Below, piece after piece: positions 8,133-17,686 of a stretch of 50,563 bases of DNA. Below the pieces are notes generated by a model. It searched no databases, was not told the DNA's origin, and saw only the letters and a list, made by a program, of their open reading frames with translations. A program made the position numbers and the translations under genes. The DNA is from Elusimicrobiales bacterium (GTDB lineage: Bacteria; Elusimicrobiota; Elusimicrobia; Elusimicrobiales; UBA9959). The stretch is from assembly GCA_049972095.1 (NCBI GenBank), contig JBMFKQ010000008.1, positions 1 through 50,563 of the forward strand, read 5' to 3'. Position 1 is the stretch's first letter. Each line of letters begins with the position of its first letter.

Positions 8133-9581
8133 ATGAAAAAAGGATTTATACTTCCAGCCCTTATTTCCGTTATACTTGTTTTTCTTATAATGGTGCCGAC
8201 AATTCTTAGATGGGTAACAACTGATACAAAACATAGCGTTAGAGAAGAGAGGAAATCAAGGGCTTTATATCTTGCTGAGGCAGCTGTTGAGAGAGGTTAC
8301 TGGAAGGTTAAAAGTTCAACCTCTACATTTGAAAGTGTTATGAAGGGAAATATATTAAGTGGATACAATTTTGATAAGGTTTACACAGATATTATGGGTG
8401 GAAGCTATAGAATAAGAATAACAAGTGGTTCTGCAAAAGAGGTTGTTATAATTGGTGAAGGAAGGGATTATTCTACAAATGAGATAAGAGCAATAAAGGC
8501 TATCTACAGAAATCAGACAATAAACGGAGCAATGCTTAGTGGCTCAAGAATAAATCCAAGCGGATCTACCACTATACACTGGGGTCCTATTCTTTCATGG
8601 GGGGATATAAATTTATCTGCTGGTGCTGAAAATGTTTATTTCCCAAGAAAGTTTTCAAAACAGCTTGTAAGACCACGAGATAATAGCCTTAATCCACCAA
8701 ATACTGATGGTGTAGAGTGGTGGTCTGCTTATGATGTTCCAGAGCTTCCCATCTTTGACTTTGCAACAATAAGATCATCTGCTGCTTCAAATGGAACCTT
8801 GAACTGCGGGGGATATACAAACTCTTATCCTGCTACTCCTAACTCATCAAACAACTGGACAATGACCTGTAACTGTAATTATACTAACTCTTCTAAAAGG
8901 TGTTGTGCAAATAGAGATAAGTGTTATATTGAGAATATATATGCTGATAGAAGATACAATCAAGGACTTTTGTGGTACTGGGATGAAGGAAAATCTGTTT
9001 ATATTACTCACAGCGGTGTTAAAGGTTCATTCTTTGTAAGGGGGGATTTAAGAATTGATGGTGATGACTGTTATGGTCCATGGTATAAAACAAATGGTTA
9101 TGATCCTTATGGAGGGTATCATCTATGTGGTGGAGGACCATCATCAGAAAACGGGCCAGGTGCACTTTTTGTTGATGTCCCAAAACAGGCATATATTGAA
9201 TATGCAAAGATTGATACACCTGCTACAAATCAGTATCCTGGTGATTTAGGGCTTTCATCATCAAGCCTTGTCTATCAGATAGGTGCATGCAACAAAACAT
9301 ATTATTATCAGTGTGGTCATTCCTGTGAACAGGGATGTGAGAGAGGTGCTAGCGGTGATGATATTGGGCTTTATGGATTTTTATATGTAGGTGGTAATCT
9401 TCAGATTTATGGTGCTTTTGATATATATGGTGCTATATGGGTTGTTGGAGATGTAAATACCGGAGCTGGTAATAATGTTTCTGTATTTTTTAATGAGAAT
9501 CTTGAGCTTCCAACACTCAATGTTATACTTATAAGAGAATCATGGCAGGAGATAACTCCAAGTAATCTGGCTTGGGTATAG
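8133..9581 (+). CDS. PilX-like minor pilin with Cys-rich inserts
   Basis: MKKG|FILPALI (no Glu5) and ALYLAEAAVERG typical of PilX N-termini; C-terminal GFLYVGGNL...YGAIWVVGD...SWQEI. Alternative start 8115. Confidence 0.72.
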   Translation: MKKGFILPALISVILVFLIMVPTILRWVTTDTKHSVREERKSRALYLAEAAVERGYWKVKSSTSTFESVMKGNILSGYNFDKVYTDIMGGSYRIRITSGSAKEVVIIGEGRDYSTNEIRAIKAIYRNQTINGAMLSGSRINPSGSTTIHWGPILSWGDINLSAGAENVYFPRKFSKQLVRPRDNSLNPPNTDGVEWWSAYDVPELPIFDFATIRSSAASNGTLNCGGYTNSYPATPNSSNNWTMTCNCNYTNSSKRCCANRDKCYIENIYADRRYNQGLLWYWDEGKSVYITHSGVKGSFFVRGDLRIDGDDCYGPWYKTNGYDPYGGYHLCGGGPSSENGPGALFVDVPKQAYIEYAKIDTPATNQYPGDLGLSSSSLVYQIGACNKTYYYQCGHSCEQGCERGASGDDIGLYGFLYVGGNLQIYGAFDIYGAIWVVGDVNTGAGNNVSVFFNENLELPTLNVILIRESWQEITPSNLAWV

Positions 9582-9696
9582 TCTTGACATGACAAGTGTC
9601 TAAATTACCTTGTGTCAATAGGTAAATACTCCTTTTAAGGTATAGTTCTTTTGGGTTAATAATATAGTAGATGTTTTAATTTTTGAAGGAGGGCGG

Positions 9697-10905
9697 ATGA
9701 AAAAGATTGGAGTTTGGTTTGTTTCTATGATGTTTATCTCTTTTGAGCTTTGTGCGGTTCAAAAGATTGTTATGATTGATGAGACAAAGTCTCTTAAGAT
9801 GATATATCCAGAGATAGAAAAACTTGGTGGTAAGATATTGAAAGAGCTTTTGCTTATAAATGCCCTTGTTGTTGATTTTCCTGATTATATGAAGGATGCT
9901 GATATATATTTGCTTGGCTTTGTTAAAAATGTTGAGGATGATAGGTATGTTAAATGGATTGAAGAGTTGGCAATTCCCCAATTACCATCGGTTGAGGAGG
10001 TTAGAGATGCGATAAAAAATGGCACTTATGATTATGAGCTACCACATGGAGGTGCAATTGTTGAGGAAAATGGACTTAGTGAGGAAGAGCTAAAAGAGAT
10101 TCCATGGGGGGTTAAAAGAGTAAATGCTTATAATGCATGGAGCTTTACAACTGGAAAAGGAGTAAATCTTGCTGTTTTAGATACAGGTGTTGACTATACG
10201 CATCCTGATATAAAGCCAGTTTACAAAGGCGGATATAATGCCATTGATTCGTCAAAACCACCTCTTGATGATCATGGACATGGAACCCATGTGGCTGGAA
10301 CAATTGCTGCGGTAAGGGATGGGAAAGGGGTTGTTGGTGTTGCTCCTGAGGTTAATCTATATGCTATTAAAGTTCTTGATTCAAGTGGTTCAGGACAGTA
10401 TTCTTGGATAGTTTCTGGAATAGAGTGGGCTGTTAATAACAAGATGAAGGTTATAAATATGAGCCTTGGAAGTAGATATTCAAGCCAAGCAATAAAATCA
10501 GCAGTTGAAGCTGCATACAAGGCTGGTGTTGTTATTGTGTGTGCTGCGGGAAATGATGGTGGTGCTGTAAACTATCCTGCAGCATATCCTCAATCAATTG
10601 CAGTTTCTGCAAGTGATTCATCTGATAAGATTGCATCCTTTTCATCAAGAGGAAGTGAGATTGATTTTATAGCACCAGGAGTAAGCATATACTCGACATA
10701 CAAAGGTGCTACATATAAAACCCTCAGTGGCACATCTATGGCAAGCCCACATGTTGCAGGGCTTAGTGCTCTTGCTGTTGGGCTTGGTATTGATGATCCT
10801 CAAGCTGTAAAGCAGGCACTTATAAATGCAGCTGTTAAACTTCCAGGTCTTAAAGATACAGAGCAAGGCTATGGGATGATTGATGCATCAAAGATAAAGA
10901 AGTAA
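9697..10905 (+). CDS. secreted subtilisin-like serine protease (S8) with prodomain
   Basis: Signal peptide; catalytic triad motifs VLDTG, HGTHVAG, GTSMASPH; SD aggagg. Confidence 0.93.
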   Translation: MKKIGVWFVSMMFISFELCAVQKIVMIDETKSLKMIYPEIEKLGGKILKELLLINALVVDFPDYMKDADIYLLGFVKNVEDDRYVKWIEELAIPQLPSVEEVRDAIKNGTYDYELPHGGAIVEENGLSEEELKEIPWGVKRVNAYNAWSFTTGKGVNLAVLDTGVDYTHPDIKPVYKGGYNAIDSSKPPLDDHGHGTHVAGTIAAVRDGKGVVGVAPEVNLYAIKVLDSSGSGQYSWIVSGIEWAVNNKMKVINMSLGSRYSSQAIKSAVEAAYKAGVVIVCAAGNDGGAVNYPAAYPQSIAVSASDSSDKIASFSSRGSEIDFIAPGVSIYSTYKGATYKTLSGTSMASPHVAGLSALAVGLGIDDPQAVKQALINAAVKLPGLKDTEQGYGMIDASKIKK

Positions 10906-10926
10906 CATCTGTTCTTTGCAAATTTA

Positions 10927-11472
10927 TTAAGGTGATAGTTTTTTATTGGTTAGAATTGTTTTTAGTTTTTCTAATGCCCTTTTGAATCTGCTTAAAAGTG
11001 TTCCAAGGGATGTGTTGGTTATCTTAGATATTTCCTCAAATCTAAGTCCTGCAAAATGTTTTAGATAGATTATTTCTTTGTATTCTTCAGATAACTCTTC
11101 AATTGCAAGGCGTATAGTTTCTGATTCAATATTTTTTATTGCATTATTCTCAGTATCTTGCTCCGATTTAAGCTCAAAGTTTAGATCCTCAATGTTTTTA
11201 TCAATCATTAAATGTTTTTTTCTTGTATGATCTATTACAAGGTTTCTTGCGATAGTAAAGAGGTATGCTTTAAAGTTTGATGGGGTGTATGAGTTTATAT
11301 TGTCAATTACTCTGATAAATGTTTGCTGAAATATATCCTCAGTAAGATCCCTGTTGTGTGTTAGTGATTGGATGAAGTTGAAAAGAAGACTTCTATACCT
11401 TAAATAGAGCTTTTCGAATGCTTCTATATCCCCCTCTCTGTATCTTTCAATAAGTTTTTCATCACCTTCCAT
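10927..11472 (-). CDS. ECF-family RNA polymerase sigma factor
   Basis: AFEKLYLRY, EDIFQQTF, YLFTIARNLVID, region 4 EEISKIT...GTLLSR. Start MEGDEK at 11472 preferred; the track uses 11499. Confidence 0.9.
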   Translation of the reverse strand: MEGDEKLIERYREGDIEAFEKLYLRYRSLLFNFIQSLTHNRDLTEDIFQQTFIRVIDNINSYTPSNFKAYLFTIARNLVIDHTRKKHLMIDKNIEDLNFELKSEQDTENNAIKNIESETIRLAIEELSEEYKEIIYLKHFAGLRFEEISKITNTSLGTLLSRFKRALEKLKTILTNKKLSP

Positions 11473-11494
11473 AATATTATTATGCAAAAAAGAA

Positions 11495-11522
11495 TGCAAT
11501 AAAAAATGCCTGATTTTCGTTA
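11495..11522 (+). promoter_or_regulatory. putative ECF-dependent promoter
   Basis: TGCAAT, 17 nt, CGTTA upstream of the anti-sigma gene; similar to the TGAAAC...CGT class of ECF promoters. Confidence 0.4.
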
Positions 11523-11539
11523 TTATATTTGGAGGGATT

Positions 11540-11965
11540 ATGAGATGCTTTAAGATAGATGAGATGATAGAAAGATTCTATAAAGAGCCTTCTGATAGTG
11601 TTCTTACAAGTCACATTAATCAATGTAGTTATTGTAAGAAATTTTTTGATATTATTTATGCTCTTGATAAGGTTGTTTTTAATGAGGAGCCTTTGAATGA
11701 GACTGATGAGAAGATCTTGAGTTATGCTTTAAAGAAAATAACTGTTTATAATCCTTTTTATTATATGAAGAAAATTTTTATCTCTTTCGCTCTTGCATCG
11801 CTTGTTCTTGTTTATCTTTTTAAGCCTGCAAATAACCTAAGGTTTATGGATGATTTTGATAAAAAGGTTATGGAGGTTGAAAATGATATCAGTTCTTTTG
11901 AGTCCTTAAGCTATTATTCTTATGATTTTTCAGATTATTTGAATCTTAACAAGGAGGAGTTATGA
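11540..11965 (+). CDS. zinc-binding anti-sigma factor (zf-HC2/ZAS) with TM helix
   Basis: MRC...HINQCSYC (HxxxCxxC), one TM helix (IFISFALASLVLVYLF); SD ggaggg. Confidence 0.75.
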   Translation: MRCFKIDEMIERFYKEPSDSVLTSHINQCSYCKKFFDIIYALDKVVFNEEPLNETDEKILSYALKKITVYNPFYYMKKIFISFALASLVLVYLFKPANNLRFMDDFDKKVMEVENDISSFESLSYYSYDFSDYLNLNKEEL

Positions 11966-12585
11966 AAAAAATACTGATGATAACATCAGTTATTTTTGCG
12001 ATGATGGTATCTGTAAATATACTGTCATCGCAAGTGGCTTGTGGAGATGGAGTGGGATGTGGTATGCATGGTGGACCTGGCTTTGGTCCAAAAGCTATGG
12101 CGGGAAAGATGAGAAGAGGAATTGATATTTCAGCTGAGACGGAAGCAAGGGTTATGGATATCGTTTCAAAAAATGACCCACAGCTTGCCTCAAAGCTTGG
12201 AGAGATCAAAAAAAACTTCCCTCAAAAATACAAGCAGATAATAAGGATCTCATCAAACCTTTTTGATCTTTCACATGATGATGATGATGAAGGTGTTGAA
12301 AAGGATATTGTAAAAGGTATAGCGCTTGAGATTGATACAAGGGAGCTTGCTCTAAATTATGCTAAGGCTCAAGGCTCAGAAAAAGAAAAGATAAAATCTG
12401 ACATAAAAGCAAAACTCAATGAGCTTTTTGATATAAGAACAAAGATTCAGGAGCTTAGGATTAAAAAACTTGAATCAAGGATAAAAGAGCTTAAAGCTGA
12501 TATAGAGAAAAGAAAGCAGAATAAATCCAAGATTGTTGAAGAGAGATTAAACGATCTATGCCAGGATAGGTCTCTCAAGTGGTAA
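11962..12585 (+). CDS. exported helical protein, Spy/CpxP/ZraP-like stress chaperone candidate
   Basis: Signal peptide, Gly/Met/His/Cys-rich CGDGVGCGMHGGPGFG segment, coiled-coil C-terminus; coupled to the anti-sigma gene. Confidence 0.6.
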   Translation: MKKILMITSVIFAMMVSVNILSSQVACGDGVGCGMHGGPGFGPKAMAGKMRRGIDISAETEARVMDIVSKNDPQLASKLGEIKKNFPQKYKQIIRISSNLFDLSHDDDDEGVEKDIVKGIALEIDTRELALNYAKAQGSEKEKIKSDIKAKLNELFDIRTKIQELRIKKLESRIKELKADIEKRKQNKSKIVEERLNDLCQDRSLKW

Positions 12586-12607
12586 GACTTTAAAACTATC
12601 CACTCCA

Positions 12608-12641
12608 TAAAGCCACTGGTCATAATCCCCCAGTGGCTTTA
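12608..12641. terminator. intrinsic terminator-like hairpin
   Basis: Perfect 12-bp inverted repeat taaagccactgg / ccagtggcttta with a 10-nt loop, just after the anti-sigma operon. Confidence 0.7.
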
Positions 12642-12663
12642 ATATTTAATAAAATAAACTTGT

Positions 12664-14703
12664 ATGTTTTTTTGCTTTCTTTTAGCTTTTTATCTATTTT
12701 GCCATGATTCATCACATCTAATAGATAAAGCTTATAAAAGCTATCTTTCAGGGGATTATGAAAGGGCAGCTGAATATTATACAGCTGCATGGGAAGAGGG
12801 CAAAGAGATAAATGCTCTTCTTGATCTTGCAATGATATACAAGTTTTCAGATAGATATTCAAAGGCGATATCTGCTCTTGAAAAATATACTGAGTTTAGA
12901 AAAGATACTGATGTGTTGTCTGAAATTGGTTGGCTTTACTTTCATATCTCTAACTATGAAAAAGCCATAGAGTATTTTAAAATGGCTGTTGATATTGATA
13001 CTGCTAACTATAATGCATATCTTGGACTTGCAAGTGTCTATTCTCATATTAGGGATTTTATAAATACAGAGGAGTATCTTAAAAAATATAGACAGCTTAG
13101 GGGAGATTATGCAGGTGTTGATTATATATTTGCCTGGAATTATGCAAATTTCAATATGTATGATATGGCAAAGAACTATCTGATTGAAACATTAAGAAAG
13201 GATCCAAACTTTGTTGAGGCAAGATTTCCTCTTGCTCAGCTTTATCTTAAAGAGGGGGATTACAATAATGCTTGGAATCAATATTACAGAATACTTGAGT
13301 TTTTTCCTGATCATCCTGTTGCTACATCTATGGTTAAACTTATAGAAGGAAAGCTAACAAAACAACCTGAGGAGATAAGAAAGCCATTTAGAATAGAAAA
13401 TCCAACAATTATAGATGAGAGCTACAGTATAGATAGTTTTAGAAAGAGCCCCAGATTGAGAATAGCAATAGCTACAGATTCCATGGGAAAACATAGACAG
13501 AATAGAAGAATAAAGTTAAGAAGTTTTGTGAAGGTTGATATCTATAGCAAAAAAACATGGAAGAATATCTTTTCTTTTAAACCGGGTGATGTAATAGATG
13601 TAGTCTATTCAAATGGTTCTTTCTCTTTTTACAAGGGTAAAACTCTTGTCTTTTCAGGTTTGAGAGGCAGTGTTGTTGTAAGACCTTATGATATAAGAAA
13701 TGGCAGTGTTATAATAGAGGCAGATCCTAAGAATACAAATCCATATTTCAGATATTCAGACAGAGAATACAGAGGATTTATTGAGCTTGTTCCATTTTCA
13801 GGCGGTTTTGGAATAGTGAATGTAGTTGAGCTTGAGCTTTACCTTCTTGGCGTTGTTGGAGCTGAGATGGAGCCAAAATGGCCGCTTGAGGCTCTTAAAT
13901 CACAGGCTGTAATTGCTAGAACAGAGGCTTTGAGAAGAATGAAGGAAGGACCTCATCGTAAAGACGGCTATCATCTGTGTGATACACAACACTGTCAGGT
14001 TTATAAGGGTGTTGGTTATGAGACAAAATCAGTTACAAAGGCAGTTTTTGAAACACAGGGTCTGGTTCTAACTTATAAAGATAGATTGGCTTATACATTT
14101 TATCATTCAAACTGTGGTGGTTTTATCCAGTCATCTCAAGAGGTCGGTTGGGGGAATGTGCCATATTTAATTTCACATCCTGATAATAGTGAAGAATCTA
14201 AAAGAAACCTTTCACCATGGGAGTTTAATATCTGGATAAAGAAAAATCCTCCTGCTTACTGCAATTATCCAGGTGTTGTTAGTGATACGGAATACAGATG
14301 GCTTAGGATAATAAAAAGATCAGACCTTGCATATAAACTCAATGAAAGATATAAAATAGGGGATCTCAAAAGTATAGTTATCTTAAGGAGAAGCACAAGC
14401 GGGCATGTTAATTCCATAAAGATAGTTGGCTCTAAAAGAAGCGTTGTAATAGAAAAGGAACATATAATAAGAAATACATTCGGTATAAGCTCACTTAAAT
14501 CCACACTGTTTAATATTGAGATAAACAGATACCCTGATGGAAGGATCAGAAACATCTGGTTTTATGGAGGTGGATGGGGTCATTCAATAGGACTTTGTCA
14601 GGGTGGTGCTGCGGGTATGGCTGGAAAACTTGGCAAAAAATATAATGAGATACTTGAATTTTATTTTCCTCAAACAAAAATTAAAAAGGTGATTTATAAA
14701 TAA
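12664..14703 (+). CDS. TPR-repeat + SpoIID/LytB-domain lytic transglycosylase
   Basis: N-terminal TPRs; YRGFIEL, YLLGVVGAEM, EALKSQAVIART, LCDTQHCQVY, YHSNCGG, GWGHSIGLCQ. Confidence 0.88.
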   Translation: MFFCFLLAFYLFCHDSSHLIDKAYKSYLSGDYERAAEYYTAAWEEGKEINALLDLAMIYKFSDRYSKAISALEKYTEFRKDTDVLSEIGWLYFHISNYEKAIEYFKMAVDIDTANYNAYLGLASVYSHIRDFINTEEYLKKYRQLRGDYAGVDYIFAWNYANFNMYDMAKNYLIETLRKDPNFVEARFPLAQLYLKEGDYNNAWNQYYRILEFFPDHPVATSMVKLIEGKLTKQPEEIRKPFRIENPTIIDESYSIDSFRKSPRLRIAIATDSMGKHRQNRRIKLRSFVKVDIYSKKTWKNIFSFKPGDVIDVVYSNGSFSFYKGKTLVFSGLRGSVVVRPYDIRNGSVIIEADPKNTNPYFRYSDREYRGFIELVPFSGGFGIVNVVELELYLLGVVGAEMEPKWPLEALKSQAVIARTEALRRMKEGPHRKDGYHLCDTQHCQVYKGVGYETKSVTKAVFETQGLVLTYKDRLAYTFYHSNCGGFIQSSQEVGWGNVPYLISHPDNSEESKRNLSPWEFNIWIKKNPPAYCNYPGVVSDTEYRWLRIIKRSDLAYKLNERYKIGDLKSIVILRRSTSGHVNSIKIVGSKRSVVIEKEHIIRNTFGISSLKSTLFNIEINRYPDGRIRNIWFYGGGWGHSIGLCQGGAAGMAGKLGKKYNEILEFYFPQTKIKKVIYK

Positions 14704-14708
14704 CCTAT

Positions 14709-15530
14709 CTACTTTATATTTATACTCGAGAGTATTTTTGCACCCTGTGGATTTTGTGAGAGTGCCTCTATTACATAGGGATTTGTAATAATCTGTGATG
14801 CTTGAGGATTTTTTTGTAAGATGGTGTTGAGTTTGTTTGAGTCGCTAAGAAGCTGAATAACTGCAGGTGATGTTGCTATTTCGTTTATTAGCTTGCTTTT
14901 AGCTATTGCATTTATAACCTCACGATTGTTTAAAGCTGCTTTAACACCTTCATTGTTTAGAAAATTTGAGATAGTTTGTGGATTAGATAGAAAATCTTCA
15001 AGGAATTTAGGGTCTGAAAGCGCCTTCTGAACATTTTCCCTTGCAAGAAACCCTTTTACTACATATTCATTATCAAAAAGCGCTTTTATGGCTTTTGGAT
15101 TATTAATAAGCCTACCAACAGCCTCAGAGAGAAAACCTTTCTTATAACCGACAGATTTCATCTCCTTCTGTTTTATTGATTCAACCTTTGAGCTATCAGA
15201 CTCATTGCTGATTTTTTCATTTTTGTTATTCGATGTTTTATCGGATGATTTTTTTTCTGACGAAGGCAATGTATATCTTTTGCTTTCATCTATCTTTACA
15301 GCATCAACATTTTTATATGACACAGTATATGATAGATCCTCAAGATTTGGCTCATAGAATTTAAAATCATCCTTTTCCTTTATCTCAGCCTTACCACTGA
15401 AAGCCTTTATGTCATCTTTTGAAAGCTTTATATCTGGTGATGATAACTTTGCCGTCCATCTGATGAGTATTACAAAGAGGATAAGATAAACTGTAATAAC
15501 AAGCCATCCAACCTTTATTTTACCTTTCAT
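14709..15530 (-). CDS. membrane-anchored protein with NP/DP helical repeats (STI1-like)
   Basis: N-terminal TM helix, low-complexity linker, then repeated LINNP / LSDP / LSNP / ATSP / QKNP / ITNP / SQNP. Confidence 0.65.
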   Translation of the reverse strand: MKGKIKVGWLVITVYLILFVILIRWTAKLSSPDIKLSKDDIKAFSGKAEIKEKDDFKFYEPNLEDLSYTVSYKNVDAVKIDESKRYTLPSSEKKSSDKTSNNKNEKISNESDSSKVESIKQKEMKSVGYKKGFLSEAVGRLINNPKAIKALFDNEYVVKGFLARENVQKALSDPKFLEDFLSNPQTISNFLNNEGVKAALNNREVINAIAKSKLINEIATSPAVIQLLSDSNKLNTILQKNPQASQIITNPYVIEALSQNPQGAKILSSINIK

Positions 15531-15569
15531 ATCAAATAATTATATAATATTTTTAAGGAAGACAATTTT

Positions 15570-16826
15570 ATGTTTGAGACTTTGCTTATATTTGGAAATA
15601 TTAGTCAGTTTTATTTTCTTCTTTGCATGCTTTTGTATTTTGCTCTATCTATTTATGGAGTTTTTCTTTATTTCCTGAAAAGTTCAAAGAATTTTGCTCA
15701 GGATCATACCTTTGCTATTGTTGTGCCTGCACACAATGAGGAGAAGGTTATTGGCAATCTTATTGAAAGCCTTCAAAGGCTTGACTATCCTAAGGAAAAA
15801 TATGACATATATATAGTGTGTAATAACTGTAGCGATAAAACAGAAGAGATTGTAAGAGGATATAATCTTGTTCCATTGATTTACAAGAATGAGTTTTCAA
15901 ACAAAGCAAAAGCCCTTAATTACGCTATAACCAAGATATTTAGAGATTCTACTAAAAGCTATGATGCATTTTGTTTTTTTGATGCGGATTCTCTTGCCCA
16001 TCCTGATTTTCTTAAAAGTATGTCCTATATGCTTTCTCGCGGATATAAGGCTATTCAGGGTCATCAGCTTCCAAAAAATCCATTTGATTCCTTCATATCT
16101 GTAATAGTATCTGTGGGCCAGTATATCACAAATAGGTTTTTTCAAAAGCCTAAGATGAATCTAAACTTATCAGCCACATTTCACGGTAAAGGCATGTGTT
16201 TCTCTGTTGATATTGTAAGAAATTTCAGATGGGATGAAATGTGTTTGACTGAGGATCTTGAGATGCAGATGAATCTGGTTAAAAATGGTATTTTTATAGC
16301 TTGGAATGAAGATGCGATTGTCTATGATGAAGAGCCAGTTAATATTGCTCAGTATATAAAAAGATCTGTAAGATGGACAAAGGGTTCACTGTATGTCGCA
16401 AGAAAGCATGCTTTTTGCCTTTTAGTTAATTTCATTAGAAGGTTTGATGTATCCTGCCTTGAGGCATTTTTATACACTGTTGGAGTTTATAGAGTTATCC
16501 TTGTTTTATTTGTGGCTGTTTCTATGTATTTGACAAGAGATCATTTTAATCTTCTGATATATACTTTTAATCTAATCCCATATGAAAAAGTTCTTCTCAA
16601 GATTGTATTTTTAGTTCTTCCTCTTATTTTCCTTCCTGTTATTATTTGGCTTGAGCGCAGAATCTCTTTCACCATGATATTTGCATACTATATGCAGCCA
16701 TTGCTTGGTTTTTTTAGGATCCCTATATTTTTGATGGGTGTTTTGAAACCTAACTATCTCTGGGATGTGGTTGAACACTCAAGCTCTGTAAAAATAGATG
16801 ATATAGTTAAAAAGGGGGTTGTATGA
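15570..16826 (+). CDS. membrane glycosyltransferase family 2
   Basis: VPAHNEE, KAKALN, FDAD, LTEDLE, RSVRW (QxxRW-like) and flanking TM helices. Confidence 0.9.
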   Translation: MFETLLIFGNISQFYFLLCMLLYFALSIYGVFLYFLKSSKNFAQDHTFAIVVPAHNEEKVIGNLIESLQRLDYPKEKYDIYIVCNNCSDKTEEIVRGYNLVPLIYKNEFSNKAKALNYAITKIFRDSTKSYDAFCFFDADSLAHPDFLKSMSYMLSRGYKAIQGHQLPKNPFDSFISVIVSVGQYITNRFFQKPKMNLNLSATFHGKGMCFSVDIVRNFRWDEMCLTEDLEMQMNLVKNGIFIAWNEDAIVYDEEPVNIAQYIKRSVRWTKGSLYVARKHAFCLLVNFIRRFDVSCLEAFLYTVGVYRVILVLFVAVSMYLTRDHFNLLIYTFNLIPYEKVLLKIVFLVLPLIFLPVIIWLERRISFTMIFAYYMQPLLGFFRIPIFLMGVLKPNYLWDVVEHSSSVKIDDIVKKGVV

Positions 16827-17284
16827 TAGATGTGGTGTTATTTTTTGTATCTAATATTTTTTGTCAGGATCTTGCGCTTCAAAGGCCTGAACCTGAGAAG
16901 GTTATGAAGATAATATCTGATCTTGATCTTTCTGAAAAACAAAAACAAGATATTGAAGAAGAGCTATATGCAAATCTTAAAAAGTATGATAAAACGAGGA
17001 AGAAATATGATAAGAAGGTTAAAGAAAAGCAGGAGATTGAGAAAGAAATTGAGGAGCTAAAAAATAGGCTGATTGAAATGAATAAAAATGTAACAACTAT
17101 AATAAAAAGCTTTCTCACAGAAGAGCAAAACCTTAGGTTTGCAGATATAATAAAAAAGCAGAAGGAAAGGGTAAAGGAAGAAAAAGAGAAAGAGATAGAA
17201 AAAGAAGAAAAGACTGATGTAAGTGCTGAGAAGAGTAAAGAGGAAAGAACATCAACATCACCGTTTGATATTTATTTTCCTTAA
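16823..17284 (+). CDS. exported coiled-coil protein with two LTxxQ-like motifs (Spy/CpxP-like)
   Basis: LDLSEKQ and LTEEQ flank a Lys/Glu-rich coiled coil; short hydrophobic N-terminus. Confidence 0.55.
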   Translation: MIDVVLFFVSNIFCQDLALQRPEPEKVMKIISDLDLSEKQKQDIEEELYANLKKYDKTRKKYDKKVKEKQEIEKEIEELKNRLIEMNKNVTTIIKSFLTEEQNLRFADIIKKQKERVKEEKEKEIEKEEKTDVSAEKSKEERTSTSPFDIYFP

Positions 17285-17319
17285 TCTTTTTGCTAAAATT
17301 TGCTTTTAAGGAGTTCAGT

Positions 17320-17685
17320 ATGGCAAAGATAATGATAGTTGATGACGACCCTGAAGTATTAAACCTGCTTCAATATACGTTGGAGAGTATGGGGCATAGT
17401 ATTAAGGTTTGTGATAACGGAAGGGATGTTATAGATAGCCTAAAAGAGTTTATGCCTGATCTGATGATCCTTGATGTTATGCTTCCTGGAATAGATGGAT
17501 ACTCAATAGCAACAACCCTTAGCCAGGATGAACAGCTTTCCAAACTTCCCATAATCATCATTTCAGCACTTGAACCCTCCAGGTCGCTCTTTGGTAAGTT
17601 TAATCAAGTTATAGCCTTTCTTACAAAACCATTCTCTACTGATGAACTTCTTGAGGCTGTGACCAACGCTGTTAGTGGTAAATAG
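17320..17685 (+). CDS. single-domain response regulator (REC)
   Basis: IVDDD, LDVMLPGIDG, IISA, LTKPF; SD aaggag before ATG 17320. Confidence 0.9.
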   Translation: MAKIMIVDDDPEVLNLLQYTLESMGHSIKVCDNGRDVIDSLKEFMPDLMILDVMLPGIDGYSIATTLSQDEQLSKLPIIIISALEPSRSLFGKFNQVIAFLTKPFSTDELLEAVTNAVSGK

Positions 17686-17686
17686 T

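Noticed and set aside
8800..8900. AAC-codon-rich stretch suggestive of a diversity-generating retroelement repeat
   Set aside because: I found no second copy differing at adenines and no reverse transcriptase in the window; Asn-rich protein sequence explains it.
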